A DNA stretch of 33,000 bases from Fimbriosthenelais zetlandica (taxonomy: Eukaryota). Made by a program: the position numbers and the translations under genes. Numbering within the stretch: position 1 is the stretch's first letter; every line of letters starts with the position of its first letter. Below, one piece after another: positions 1 through 10,547 of this stretch. The notes under the pieces were generated by a model that saw only the letters and a list, made by a program, of their open reading frames with translations, was not told the DNA's origin and ran no database searches. The stretch lies in contig OZ365109.1 in NCBI GenBank assembly GCA_977030845.1, positions 13,020,001 to 13,053,000 of the forward strand, read 5' to 3'.

Positions 1-312
1 ACTTTAAGACTCATTTAGTGAAAACACATCACATATAGAGAGACAGGCAATGTACATAGGGCACCCTTTATATTATGATTTATGCTATGCTAATAAATGT
101 AGATGAAGATACACACCCCCGAGGAAGATGGTGGGTAAAAAATTCAACGGTATATTTGTTTATAATTATACAGAGTAAATGGGGATGTCCACGTTGACGA
201 GGGATCATAGCTCATCTATAGTGCCCTACCCTCAGATTAAGAGTTGAGAATTATATGTTACTGCAGGGTAGTATAATAAAACAGGCTGTACTGGCCTGTA
301 TTATGATAAGGT

Positions 313-330
313 ACATATATATATATATAT
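313..330. repeat. (TA)n microsatellite
   Basis: Run 'catatatatatatatatg' read directly. Confidence 0.8.
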
Positions 331-1249
331 GATTTTAGCAAAGCATAGATAAAAGTAAGTATTTTGCAACCCCATTGGTTGTCTCGGAAAAATTATAATT
401 TTAATTCACCTTACTAAGCCTCTCAAAATTGATATATTATATGATAGGGTAAGGCAATTAGGTCTACATGTACCAAAGTATTTTACTTGTTTAAGGGAGA
501 TTTTGCTTTTAATTCTAAATTATTTGTTTGTAAAATATTAATATGGGGTCATATTATTCGTCGTAAATACCTAAATGACACGATTGCCTCTGCACGAACA
601 AAACAAGTTGCTTCAAAAAATTGTTGCCCTTCGTATGATGTTGCAACTCGTATGATTATTTCACTTATGTAAAACAGGCAGTAGACTAGTTAAGATAGTT
701 TCTCAGGAAGCCGAGAGAATACGGGGTCTCGGCCCGACTCGGTTAGTGGTCTTGTATAATATAGTATTCATTGAAACCTCCTGTTGAAATATATATTTAA
801 AAAAATCCTATTCAACAATGTGCTTCATAATTTTACGGTCATATTCCGTATTCCGTATTAGTCCAACGGTGAAGTGGGCTCTCTACGTCCTAAAGGAAAC
901 TATGGCCTAATTTATCAGTGTAGGGAGCACCTCATCAGGCCGGCTAAAGGCGAGCTGCTCCTATCTTGATGGGATCTCAGCTTCCTGCTCACAGTGGACC
1001 CACGACTAGTCAGTGGGTGTGAGCATCAGGCCAGCTAAAGACCCTTCTGTGGAGAGTTGCCATCTCCCAGCCCCAAAAAAGGCTTAAAGAAGAAAAAAAT
1101 CAGCCGATGGAAATCTTCAATGTCAGGGGAATAGCCAGACTAAAACAAGCATGATTGCCAAAAAAAGGAGAGGGGGTGGGGGGCTCGGGTTTGCTTCCAT
1201 ATATGGATCTTCCATCAGCAACCCATCTGTGACATATCATGATATCAAA

Positions 1250-1540
1250 CGTCAAATGTGGCAAATTGGATTTTTCAACCACAGAGCATTGATATAAAAT
1301 TCATGAGTTCACAATTAAAATGTCCTCCAACATTGAAGCAATTTCTGTAGTAATTGCGATATAAAGTTGGCCACGAAAATTAATGTGGAAGCTTTTATGT
1401 ACATTCGGCTGAATCCACTTTCCTCTCCCTCTATCTCAATGGAATCCAAAGCAATCAGCCCAATGACTGAATCTGACCTAAAAAGATATGAGATTGGAGA
1501 AACATCTGCAATGAAATGATAGCAGGTGGTTTGCGGCCAA
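1250..1540 (+). mobile_element. Possible LINE (CR1/L2-type) RT C-terminal remnant
   Basis: Stop-interrupted translation KLLCTFG*IHFPLPLSQWNPKQSAQ*...RLEKHLQ loosely resembles the post-RT LYxxxxRPxLEYxxxxWxP...LExVQ block. Weak, by-eye match only. Confidence 0.22.
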
Positions 1541-2631
1541 TTCACTAAATTTAATGGAAAGGGCCCACTATATATTTTGTTTTTGTAAACTGTTTTTTTA
1601 TATATCCATTGCCCTGATTGCCTGTCACGAAGGGTTTTTTTTTCTTCAGAGCTGCAATTTTTAGATTGAATCTCCTAGACATAGTATAAATCTTTTCGAC
1701 TCTAGACCATATTTAAAATGTATGGCGTATCATTGATTCTGAAAATGTTGCACTTTACTTGAATCAATTTTTGAAACTGATACCTTGCATAGTAATTATA
1801 ATATCCATATGACATCTTAAGTTGTATTGTCAGAACCGTATACTTCTGTGATACAAACATAAATGTTTAAGAGCAGGCTATCACAAGACTAAAGGAGTAG
1901 ATGAACGAGTTGCGCTCTTCACCAGGCTTTACACTGGCTCTGCAAAACATCACTCAAATCACGAGCGCCAAGAAACCGACGTTAAAGTCCGTTTCACTAA
2001 AGATATGCCCATACCGCACCTATTATACATCTCGTATAAATTTATGTGTTAAAAAACGTGGATTTTACATTTCACATTTACATTTTACATATTCTGAAGG
2101 AAAAATTTCCAACTTTCAATATGATTTATCATTGAATCATACAAATGTAATTATTTAAGTTCTATAGGTTATCTAGATACAAAAAAACGTCCAAAGTCCC
2201 TTTATAAGTTATATAGACCTTGGTCCATGATAGACACTTTGGATGGACTTGTCAGTCAATGTATTGATTATTTTAGATACTGCTAGCCTATACAGATGGA
2301 CTTTTGCAGTCTAAGTCATTTTATCTAGTTATTGATATACATGTAATGCTTGGAACTGACTGTGAAGGCAAAGGAAACTAGTAGTGAGTCTTTCTATAGA
2401 ATATCCATGTGCAACGATTGTTTAAAGGCACTTCAACAATTTATTAGTAGCCCTATGCTCTTTTGTAGTGATACCTCACTGAGGTATCCCGTCCCATGTA
2501 CATGCCATGATCCCTCACCTAGTCACCTTATACTGATACTCTAACTACTACACCTCCAACTTGTGCCATGAACATGACTGTAAAAACGCTCTGGTCTGTT
2601 CAAAGCATAATTGATCCATGCGGAACTGTTA

Positions 2632-2803
2632 AGCCTGGCACACACTAATCCGATACTCTAATCCGGCGCCATCCGATACCCATGTGTCAGTGGTCAGCCT
2701 TACCTAGGTGTAATTGTCTGTTCAAATTATAATCATTGGGTTTAAATAGAAATATAGTTTCGGATGGCGCCGGATAGAGAATCGGATTAGTGTGTTCCAG
2801 GCT
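2632..2803. mobile_element. MITE family A copy 1 (PIF/Harbinger-type, internally deleted)
   Basis: TIRs AGCCTGGCACACACTAATCCGATACTCTAATCCGGCGCCATCCGA / TCGGATGGCGCCGGATAGAGAATCGGATTAGTGTGTTCCAGGCT. TTA on both flanks (2629-2631, 2804-2806). Core CCTTACCTAGGTGTAA is shared with the other copies. Confidence 0.9.
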
Positions 2804-2904
2804 TTAGAGCGAAGGCAAACATTGTAGTGAAACTGTTTTAAGAAATGGAGGTCATGACTAATAGTCAGTGGTGGTGGGAAGAGGTCTGATCTTATCACAG
2901 GGAC

Positions 2905-3195
2905 GTGAAGCCTGGGTGGACATCGCAACAAGTCCCTGTGAGTAATCTTATAGGCCCAGGTTAGAATCACTGATGGTATTTTTTTAACATTTAGAATTCT
3001 TACATCGTCCATCAGGCCTCACTTCAGAACTCCTCTTTATTACCTATACATTATAGGTTAGAATCACCGATTTTTTTTGGATTTTTTTAGTTAAAATTTT
3101 GATAAAGCCTGTTATGGGTGGACATCAGCTCACATTCTTGATTACTCAAGTTTTTTTACTTCAGAACTCCTCTATTATCTATACCTTATGGATCA
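2905..3195. repeat. Degenerate local duplications
   Basis: ACTTCAGAACTCCTCT at ~3021 and ~3158; GGTTAGAATCAC at ~2959 and ~3057; GGGTGGACATC at ~2914 and ~3115. Confidence 0.6.
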
Positions 3196-4079
3196 AGTAG
3201 CTTAAAAAGATTTTTTTCCCGATAACTATCTGTCACCTTGTTGCTTGAACAGTCCCATCCTTTGTTGGAAATTGGCTCTTACTTAAATCCTAGGAAAGGG
3301 GGAATAATGAGTTTGTAGGCCTTCCAACCATTAGAGAGATTAAAATAGGAACTCCAGCCTACCTTGAATTAGCTTAGCCTGTCTTTGTTACATAATAGAG
3401 ACCGTTTTATTGATATGCATTATCAACCTTGTATTGTTATACAATGGGCTATGCAAGTTATAATATGGCAGTAACTATCCTGTGTCAGCCATTAATCTAA
3501 ACCAGCGACAATCCCCCAATGTTATATACTACTATCACTTTCGGACTATTGAGTTATGAGTAGTATAGAAAGATTGCACCTTTACACAGGTAGACCGATT
3601 GCGAATTGTGTGGATTAGTAACAATAGTATTGTCTGTTGGCATCATTACTGATGTATCATACATTCGTATAAGTAATATAAGCATTTGTTGCTTCTATGT
3701 CTGTTAGACGATGTATAGGGTTAAGGATGAATAAATGTGTCCGGGATAGATTTGGACAGTTATTGTATGCAATTGCATTGGTCCAATTTGCGGATATATT
3801 ACTTTGTGCATAAACTGAGAGTGATTGAATATTATCAGGAGATGTTCAGCACATTAATTATAGGCAGCCCTATACATTATACTATAGAGATGGCTCTAGT
3901 ATGGAATCATCCATCTCTCTGATGGGTGATTAGGCAGTATAGATGGATATTCAATCTTATACTGATTCACAGTTTTGTTAGCTTAATCATAAATCCTTCT
4001 TGCAAGGCTATTAATTCCCATCCGCCTCCCCCCTCAAACCTGATATGTCAGTTCTATACATCGCTGTGATTACAATCCG

Positions 4080-4420
4080 GTGGGGAAGCTCCTGGGAAAT
4101 GGGAGAAAGTCAACCCCTCTTCTACAGGGGAATGATACCGCCTGTGACTGTACTATGATAGATCCAGACATAATTCGGAATGGCCTTTTTCCATCACGGT
4201 ATTATCATCATGTGAGTGCCTAATGACAGCAATCAGATGTACTGAGAGCTGTCAGACGAGGTTTCAAAAAGTGCTGATGGGACACAATATTTGCCTGTTT
4301 TCCTCCCTCCCCAGAAGCCATTTTTTCTGGCTGCCATCACACAGGCTGTTGTTAGCAAGTGCCAAGCTATATACATGTGGCCAATTGCTTATTAATTTCC
4401 CGTGGCCCTTATAGCCTGTT
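4080..4420 (+). mobile_element. Possible LINE (CR1/L2/RTE-like) 3' ORF2 remnant
   Basis: LYYDRSRHNSEW...AIRCTESCQTRFQKVLMG...WLPSHRLLLASAKLY resembles LYxxxxRPxLEY...IxxLExVQxRFxKxxxG...LPxLxxRR. By-eye match only. Confidence 0.3.
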
Positions 4421-4559
4421 CAGGAGTGCACTATAGCCGTATCCCAACTTTATCTCAAGGTAGATAATTATAATCGATGCTTTTTGGGATTCTTTTTCAC
4501 CTCAATATCTATTTTCCAAATAATTGATTGTGGAAACGCTGAAAAGGACCGGTTTCCAT

Positions 4560-4757
4560 AGATCTACACTAATCCGATTCTCTATCCTGAGCCATCCGAT
4601 AGCTGTCCGAAACTATATTTCTATTCACACTAAATGTCTGTAATTTGAGCAGACCTTTACACCTAGGTAAGGCAAACCACTGATAAAATGTCAATCATTG
4701 AATGTCATTAGAATTGGGGGTTTCGGATTGGTTCATCGGATTAGTGTGTTCCAGGCC
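4560..4757. mobile_element. MITE family A copy 2 (left terminus degraded)
   Basis: ACACTAATCCGATTCTCTATCC...TTACACCTAGGTAAGG...TCGGATTAGTGTGTTCCAGGC. Opposite orientation to copies 1 and 4. Confidence 0.85.
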
Positions 4758-4929
4758 TAGGTCGAACAAAATACATGTATACATATAGCCCCCTATTTTC
4801 AGGGTTGCTTTAGCTTTGATAATTTTTACTGCATGCACTATCATACATATTTAGTATTTTTATTTTTTATCTATTACATGCATGTGGACCACAATGACTC
4901 TTGCCTGATTTACCACGTTGTCCTGATCT

Positions 4930-6255
4930 CTATAATTATCATTTGTTCGGCCACTCAATTTGCCTTCTTTCCCTCATCGGAATGACCTTCTTGCAATAGC
5001 TTCCAGGATATAGTCTCCGGTTCATATCCTTCACCCGACATCTGCATTAAGTGCGTGCATCAGGATTTATTCCACAAGCTGGCCATATAGCCTTTCATGG
5101 CTGGCCTAATGCCAATTACAAATGCTCTCTTTGGGGCCTGAATATCCTCTTTCATTCGTCTATGGCTGTTCCATGCTGTCTTTCAGGCTCAGCTATGCCC
5201 ATCTTATGGACCTTCAAGCGACCTGGACAAGCAAAAGGTCAGAGGGCACGTGTATGCCTGCTCTTGGGGTCTGGCTGGCAGTCCTGCCTGCATCTAGTAT
5301 GAAATATTGGTACTTCTAGACTCCATACCCACCCCGCTGCCTCTTTTGCCATGTCGGGCTCTAAGCCCGTGTGCGGTCATCCATCGGGATTTTCTCCCAA
5401 TCTCACGCCAACATACCTTGATTATTATTTAAATCAATTCCATTCGCTAGAACCATATATTTCCTTGATCTGTCATACTGCCAAAGCGCCTATAGCAGAT
5501 CTCGCTGCTGGTATAGCCACTGCCGGTGGGTTATTGCAAACCAAGAATAGTGCCGTTGCAACATGCCCTCTCATCGATCATATCAGGCGAGATATCCAAT
5601 ATGGAATCTAGACCAAAGTAATGGTTCGCCTGCCCTCCTCCAGATATTTAGCCACGGGGTTCTCTATAGAGTTGGGCCTTGTTGTTCTAGAAAACCAGCT
5701 GGAAAATGTCTGCTAATCCCTCATGGCCCTTCCCATCCAGAACAACCTATTTTCCCATATAGCCTTCTCTCCCACCTATCTGAATATTTCAGCCCCCTTG
5801 ATGCGTCTAATGTATGCCACTTTGACAAGACTTAAGACGCCAAGCAGCTGGTGGCCAGTATTGGCAATTTAGGACCTAATAAGTGGTTGCAGCCTTGAAT
5901 GCCAAGCTTTGAAGGTGGGAGCTAGGCCTTGCTGCATGGGACCCTGCTTCTTCTTCGGTGGTGGCTGATGTACTCTCCAACTGCTTTGTAGGTCCTCTGA
6001 GATATTGCTACTGTTGGTTGGCAAAGATGGGCCTGTAACATGATCGAGCAGTTCCCTCCTACAGCAGTTGAGCTCAAAGCGAAAACACATCTTTCTATTT
6101 TCCTCTGCTTTTAATGCCATTTGCTCCTCTGACGGGTTGCCCATTTCACCACTTGGCAGCCATTTCTTGATTCGGTACACATCAAATAAGTGAAGCCCGA
6201 ATGGCAGAGTGATTTGAATTCTAGACCATCTCAATCTTTCATGTCTCTTTATCAA
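4930..6255 (-). mobile_element. DIRS1-like YR retrotransposon fossil: gag C-terminus plus RT
   Basis: Minus-strand motifs are in the correct order: gag-like VYRIKKWL...MALKAEENRKMCFRFEL (cf. RRxxWL...LPxEGxxLFGxEL); pol start LGPKL...SKWHTLDASRGLKY (cf. VGGRL...WVLxxIxxGY); HRQWLYQQRDLL*ALWQYDRSRKYMV (cf. GDWxxxLDLKDAY...RKYL); KRQRGGYGV*KYQYFIL and LSLKDSMEQP (cf. LRxxGI...YLDD and NxEKSxLxP). Many stops and frameshifts. Confidence 0.6.
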
Positions 6256-6259
6256 CCAA

Positions 6260-6454
6260 AGCCTGCACTCCACTGCTGCGATTTTGCTTGCGACACTACT
6301 GCGATAAAGGTTTGTGTCCCAATGGAAAATGTATATATACCAGTGGAAGACGGTCTTGGACACTTGGAACACAATATATTCATTTTATTGCGACCAAGCA
6401 TCACCTTTGTCGCAGTAGTGTCGCAAGCAAAAGCGCAGCAGTGAAGTACGGGCT
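6260..6454. mobile_element. MITE family B copy 1 (Harbinger-type)
   Basis: ~50-bp TIRs AGCCTGCACTCCACTGCTGCGATTTTGCTTGCGACACTACTGCGATAAAGG / CCTTTGTCGCAGTAGTGTCGCAAGCAAAAGCGCAGCAGTGAAGTACGGGCT. Right flank TTA, left flank CAA, so the TSD is imperfect. Confidence 0.85.
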
Positions 6455-6879
6455 TTAGGAGGATAGGTGATTTTTTCCATATAATAGAATACACTTTTCT
6501 ATAGGCACCACAGGCCATAATACTAATCACCCAAGATGGACCATTTACAAATGTTTAATACATGTACAGAGAATGTAGAGGATCAATGGTTATATATCCC
6601 GAGGAACCATTTTCCTGGGAAAAACAGGATATGAATCATCTCTTTCTTTTGACCTCTAGAGGGAAGGATGCTTTGCCCAAAGGTAAACTGCTTGTAAGGC
6701 ATATACTATGACAATTATCGATGATGAATGATCGATGCAAGAAACTTCTTTCTATAATCATTTCAAGCAGGTTCCTTTGAATGTCGTGAGGTATAATATC
6801 CCCTAATATATACCCGGATGTGTGTGAATGCTCTGGAAGAAAGAAAACTGATGATTAGGCCTGACTGCACTGCAAATTA

Positions 6880-6972
6880 CATGAGGGTCATGGAATATTT
6901 ACATGACCATATGGGTTCATTTTTTTAGTAAGTATAAAATATGGTTAGGACATAATTTACATGACCCTCATG
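6880..6972. repeat. Short inverted repeat, probable MITE remnant
   Basis: CATGAGGGTCATG (6880) and its exact reverse complement CATGACCCTCATG (6960-6972). Related GGGGTCATGTAAATATTT near 12247. Confidence 0.55.
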
Positions 6973-7093
6973 GAAAATCGAAATGTAAAATATGTACACA
7001 ATGAAAAGGGACAGTCCCTTAAGATGATAACCATGTGGCAACCTCATCCTCATACCCCCCCCCCCCCCCCCCACCCCCCGGGATCAAATCCCC

Positions 7094-8450
7094 GAGAAAA
7101 TAAAGCATCAGAAAGAAATATTGGCGAGGCACTTTGAGTATAAAGGCATGTCAGTCCCAGTAGACCGCGAAACTGAGAACTAGACACCCCAAACGGGACA
7201 TCAAGAGCTTAACCAACTGTTTGCCTCGCCTCATGGCCCCCAAACCAACTACCCAGTCATGTGACAAGCGTAACGAAGACCTTCTGATGAACGTCTAGCG
7301 ATATGCCATGATCGATTCGCCGGCTGAAGGTGCCTTCCCAGCCCAACCCGCTGGACGGTGGTCGATATAATGTGGATGTGGATCTGGAAGGATACTATAG
7401 TTTTCCACGAGAAGTGACCGAAGGCATACATTGACGTAAGCCTGGAATACACTAATCCGATTCCCTATCCGGCTCCATCCGATAGCTAGCTGTCCAAAAC
7501 TATATTTCTATTCACACCAAATGCTTGTAATTTGAACATAACTTACACCTAGGTAAGGCTAACCACTGACACAATTTTAATCATTGGATACCATTAGAAA
7601 TCGGGGTTCGGATGGCAACGGATTGGTGAATCGGATTAGTGTGTTCCAGGCTTTACTGCTTTTGGAAAGCCCGTCAAACCTATTTTGTATCGCCTTGTGG
7701 CCCTCATGGCTTCATTTTAGTTAGGTTAGCCGTTCAATCACGTTTTATTATAAGTCTTTGTTTCAGCAGTAGAAATGGGAGGTGTTGGCTTATAGCAGTC
7801 CCTATTCAAAATACATTATATCAAGGCAGCTCTTATTTTCCCCAGACAACTCTATTAGTCATGTGTATTTTATGTGGCTCTTTGAGAGTATACAAATTTG
7901 TGAGTATGAAAATCTGTCACAAAAATTGAAGCTAATATTCTTTAGATTCGTATGTTTTGTCTGTTGAAATGAATACTTGTATGAAAACGAATGTTGACGT
8001 ACGATAATGGAAAGTGCATGGGCCCAAATAATAATACTATCTTTTAAAGCCAATATTGGATTTCACCTCTACAACAATTATTTAACACTAATTCTTCTTG
8101 CTGAATTCAATGGTAAAGTAATTGATATGGAGCTGCATCCCTATGCACTCAGTCTCCGCTCACATTCCAATTTACTATAGTTTTGAGCACAAAACCACCA
8201 GCAAATTCCCATAATTACTCCTATCCAGATTCAACAATGAAAATGTTGGAGCTTATAGCCATTTCTGTTGTAATCTTAAATCTAATCACGACCAGCGCAA
8301 GAATCAACTTCCCCGCTGGCAATCAAACAGTGAGTGGTGATAAAAAGCGAGCAGGGTGGAACCATCATTAAGCAGGCAAGAGATTACAGCTCTTCTCATT
8401 ATTGGCCTTGCTCAATGCTACATCAACTTGTATCAGCTGGCATTACCTTT
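7094..8450 (+). mobile_element. Ngaro-like YR retrotransposon fossil: RT plus RNase H, interrupted by MITE A copy 3
   Basis: Ordered motifs: NQLFASPHGPQTN (cf. xxLSxPxGxSVN); GGRYNVDVDLEGYYSFP (cf. GxGxxxAKxDxxxAxRxxP); after the MITE, FWKARQTYFVSPCGPHG (cf. WxGxxYxDxxLPFG); LLAEFNGK and MELHPYALS (cf. FLxxFNG and LxLxTDAS); MKMLELIAISVVILN...RINFPAGNQTV (cf. IxxLELxxIVVA...IxFxCDNxxV). Confidence 0.55.
7439..7652. mobile_element. MITE family A copy 3 (near full length, 214 bp)
   Basis: AGCCTGGAATACACTAATCCGATT...AATCGGATTAGTGTGTTCCAGGCT. Flanks GTA / TTA, one mismatch from a TTA TSD. Confidence 0.9.
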
Positions 8451-8761
8451 CCATCCACTAATCACAATGCATGATAGAAGTCATAAAAACAAGCTTGATA
8501 ATGTTGCAGTAATAATTCACCTAACTGCTGATGATGCCTACCTTTTCTTCTTGATTGCTGCAAGAGAGTCCATGCAGTATACTTTATATATTAATGGTGT
8601 ACTCTATAAGTAGGAAGTTCTGGAAAGTTCATACCTAGAATTAGGAGCAATTTAGTATACTGTTTACCACTTCTTTATAGTGGCCTTTATTTTATATTTT
8701 ATTGGCTTATAGTTTAAGCCTTTATTTCCTAGTTAATTGAGAGATGCACATATAAGTTTAT

Positions 8762-8842
8762 GGCCTGTTTCATAACCATAGGCTAAAGCATTTTCATGAA
8801 ACAAGCACTAGAATTGCTATAGTGCTTGTTCTGTAACAGGCC
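8762..8842. mobile_element. Small palindromic MITE-like element
   Basis: Termini GGCCTGTTTCAT / CTGTAACAGGCC. Internal perfect 11-bp hairpin AACAAGCACTA-N9-TAGTGCTTGTT. Confidence 0.55.
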
Positions 8843-9422
8843 CCAGGGATCTTAACTGTCATATTTTGTGTGTTTTTTTGTATGGATTGTATATCAGATC
8901 TGCAATTCCATAGTGGTTAATTATGTCATAGATTGGGAGTCTATTTTATTAGAAATAATAATGTAAGTAGTGAAAGAATCAATTTCATACAATAGTTAAG
9001 AGGATATCTATATAATAGCTCTTGGGTTTCTTTTTATTCAATTTGTGTCTGAACATCAGTCCAATGAAAAGTGAACAAAAACCAAATTAGGAGCTTCAAA
9101 ATTTAAGGGCTTCCTCCAGGGACGACAGTGGCCATGTTTTATGGAAGAAAAAGTTATGGCTCAAATGTTACCAGAGTCAAAATAACGGAAGCTCCTGTTT
9201 ACTGAAGGCTTCCTTTTCTCTTTTGTTAATTTTGTTACAATTGAGAGAATGGAATTTCCATGGCTAGTTGGGTATAGTGTGGTTCTTTTATTATGGATTG
9301 ATTGTCGTTTGGTTACCCTTGGATTATTCAAAAATATAATCTCGTCTGTAGAGGAAAGTTTGGTAGATTATCTAGTCTATAATAGGGCATTTCAGAAGTT
9401 CTATCTTAGGGCCATATTAGTT

Positions 9423-9735
9423 CCATTGCAGAAGTTATGTCTTAAGAGCTTCTACCTAAGAATCTTGTAGGCTGTCGCATCTTAAGACATTCTAGCAAAT
9501 AATGGGGCCATTGCATAAGTTACGATCTTATCTTATCTTTAAGATCTTATCTTAAAGGTCTCGTAGCCAATGGAAATCCAATGGTGGACGAGACCGTTAA
9601 GATAAGATTTTAAAGATAAGATAAGATAAGAAATTATGCAATGGGGGTAATAGTCAAACCAATGGTGAAAACTGACTTAAGATGGCACTAAAATGGATTA
9701 AGAGGTATGTTATTCATGGGTCATAGGTCCTATCT
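9423..9735. mobile_element. Degenerate outer MITE-like element hosting the palindromic MITE
   Basis: Starts CCATTGCAGAAGTTATG, similar to the inner element's terminus CCATTGCATAAGTTACG. CTTAAGA motifs lie on both sides of the inner insertion. It separates the RNase H and DLFAS motifs of the host DIRS1. Boundaries are approximate. Confidence 0.4.
9504..9647. mobile_element. Palindromic MITE with GATAA-repeat arms
   Basis: ~60-bp arms GGGGCCATTGCATAAGTTACGATCTTATCTTATCTTTAAGATCTTATCTTAAAGGTCTCGT (9504-9564) and ACGAGACCGTTAAGATAAGATTTTAAAGATAAGATAAGATAAGAAATTATGCAATGGGGG (9588-9647). 23-nt spacer; TAAT on both flanks. Confidence 0.85.
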
Positions 9736-10316
9736 TAAATTTGACCTGAGATTTATTTGCGTCGGCTGTCGCAAACCCGCTTTGTGCAATGCGTTTTTCT
9801 CGTACGAGAAATGAAAAACTCGTCCCACAATTCTGAAACCAAGAAGGTAAAGCCCAGATCGAGCTCCTCCCCAGATATATATGCAAGCAGTTGTTTCCCG
9901 CTCCTGAGGTAGAAGTTAGGAGTGCATGCTCTGGAAGGCACTTCCCGTTTGGGCGTATTAAACTTGCTTCACTGCCATTATCCATCTTCCTTCATGACAG
10001 TCCTGATGCGATTTTGAAGTGTCGAGCCACGTGACCCTATCAAGACTGACTCACGTGGGCCTATATGTCCCTCCCCTTCCCCGCCCCTTTCCCAAATCTG
10101 CATACTTTGCTGGCTTAGTTCATATTGGTTGTGGTGAAAAGGCAATTTCTTTCATTTGCTGCCCTGCAAGCGATGCCTTGATTTTAAGTGATGCCTTCAA
10201 GGCATTTTCAAAACAAATACATTTTTGAGATTGCTATACAATATACAGGCTATAGGTCCTAATTCCATTCACTTCTTTTTATCTTTTATCTTTTATCAAG
10301 CATACCATAGTGTTTC

Positions 10317-10319
10317 TAT

Positions 10320-10350
<31 letters not shown>
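10317..10350. repeat. (TTTA)n microsatellite
   Basis: About 8 TTTA units read directly. Confidence 0.9.
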
Positions 10351-10547
10351 TCAATTACTGATTGTTATTAAATGCTGTGGTGGATGACCAAATTTATCTT
10401 GTGGATTGCCTGACAAATCCACAAATTTGATCCCAGGTGTCCATCTTATTTAGGTTTCCCATTTCCAGGAACAAAGACTAACCTCTTCGTGGCCATTGTC
10501 ATTTCAAGTTTCAATTGAAAGCATTTTTGACCAATTGCCTGGGTTAG

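Noticed and set aside
5000-5900. L1/Tx1 ORF2 interpretation
   Set aside because: Some words fit loosely, but motif spacing was inconsistent; the DIRS1 RT motifs fit in correct order and spacing.
5869-6372. 167-aa minus-strand ORF as a gene
   Set aside because: Chimeric: its first ~37 codons lie in MITE B and the rest is decayed DIRS gag-like sequence.
9089-9197. 9-bp inverted repeat AGGAGCTTC/GAAGCTCCT as MITE ends
   Set aside because: Short, no TSD, and lies within RNase H-like coding remnant; likely chance.
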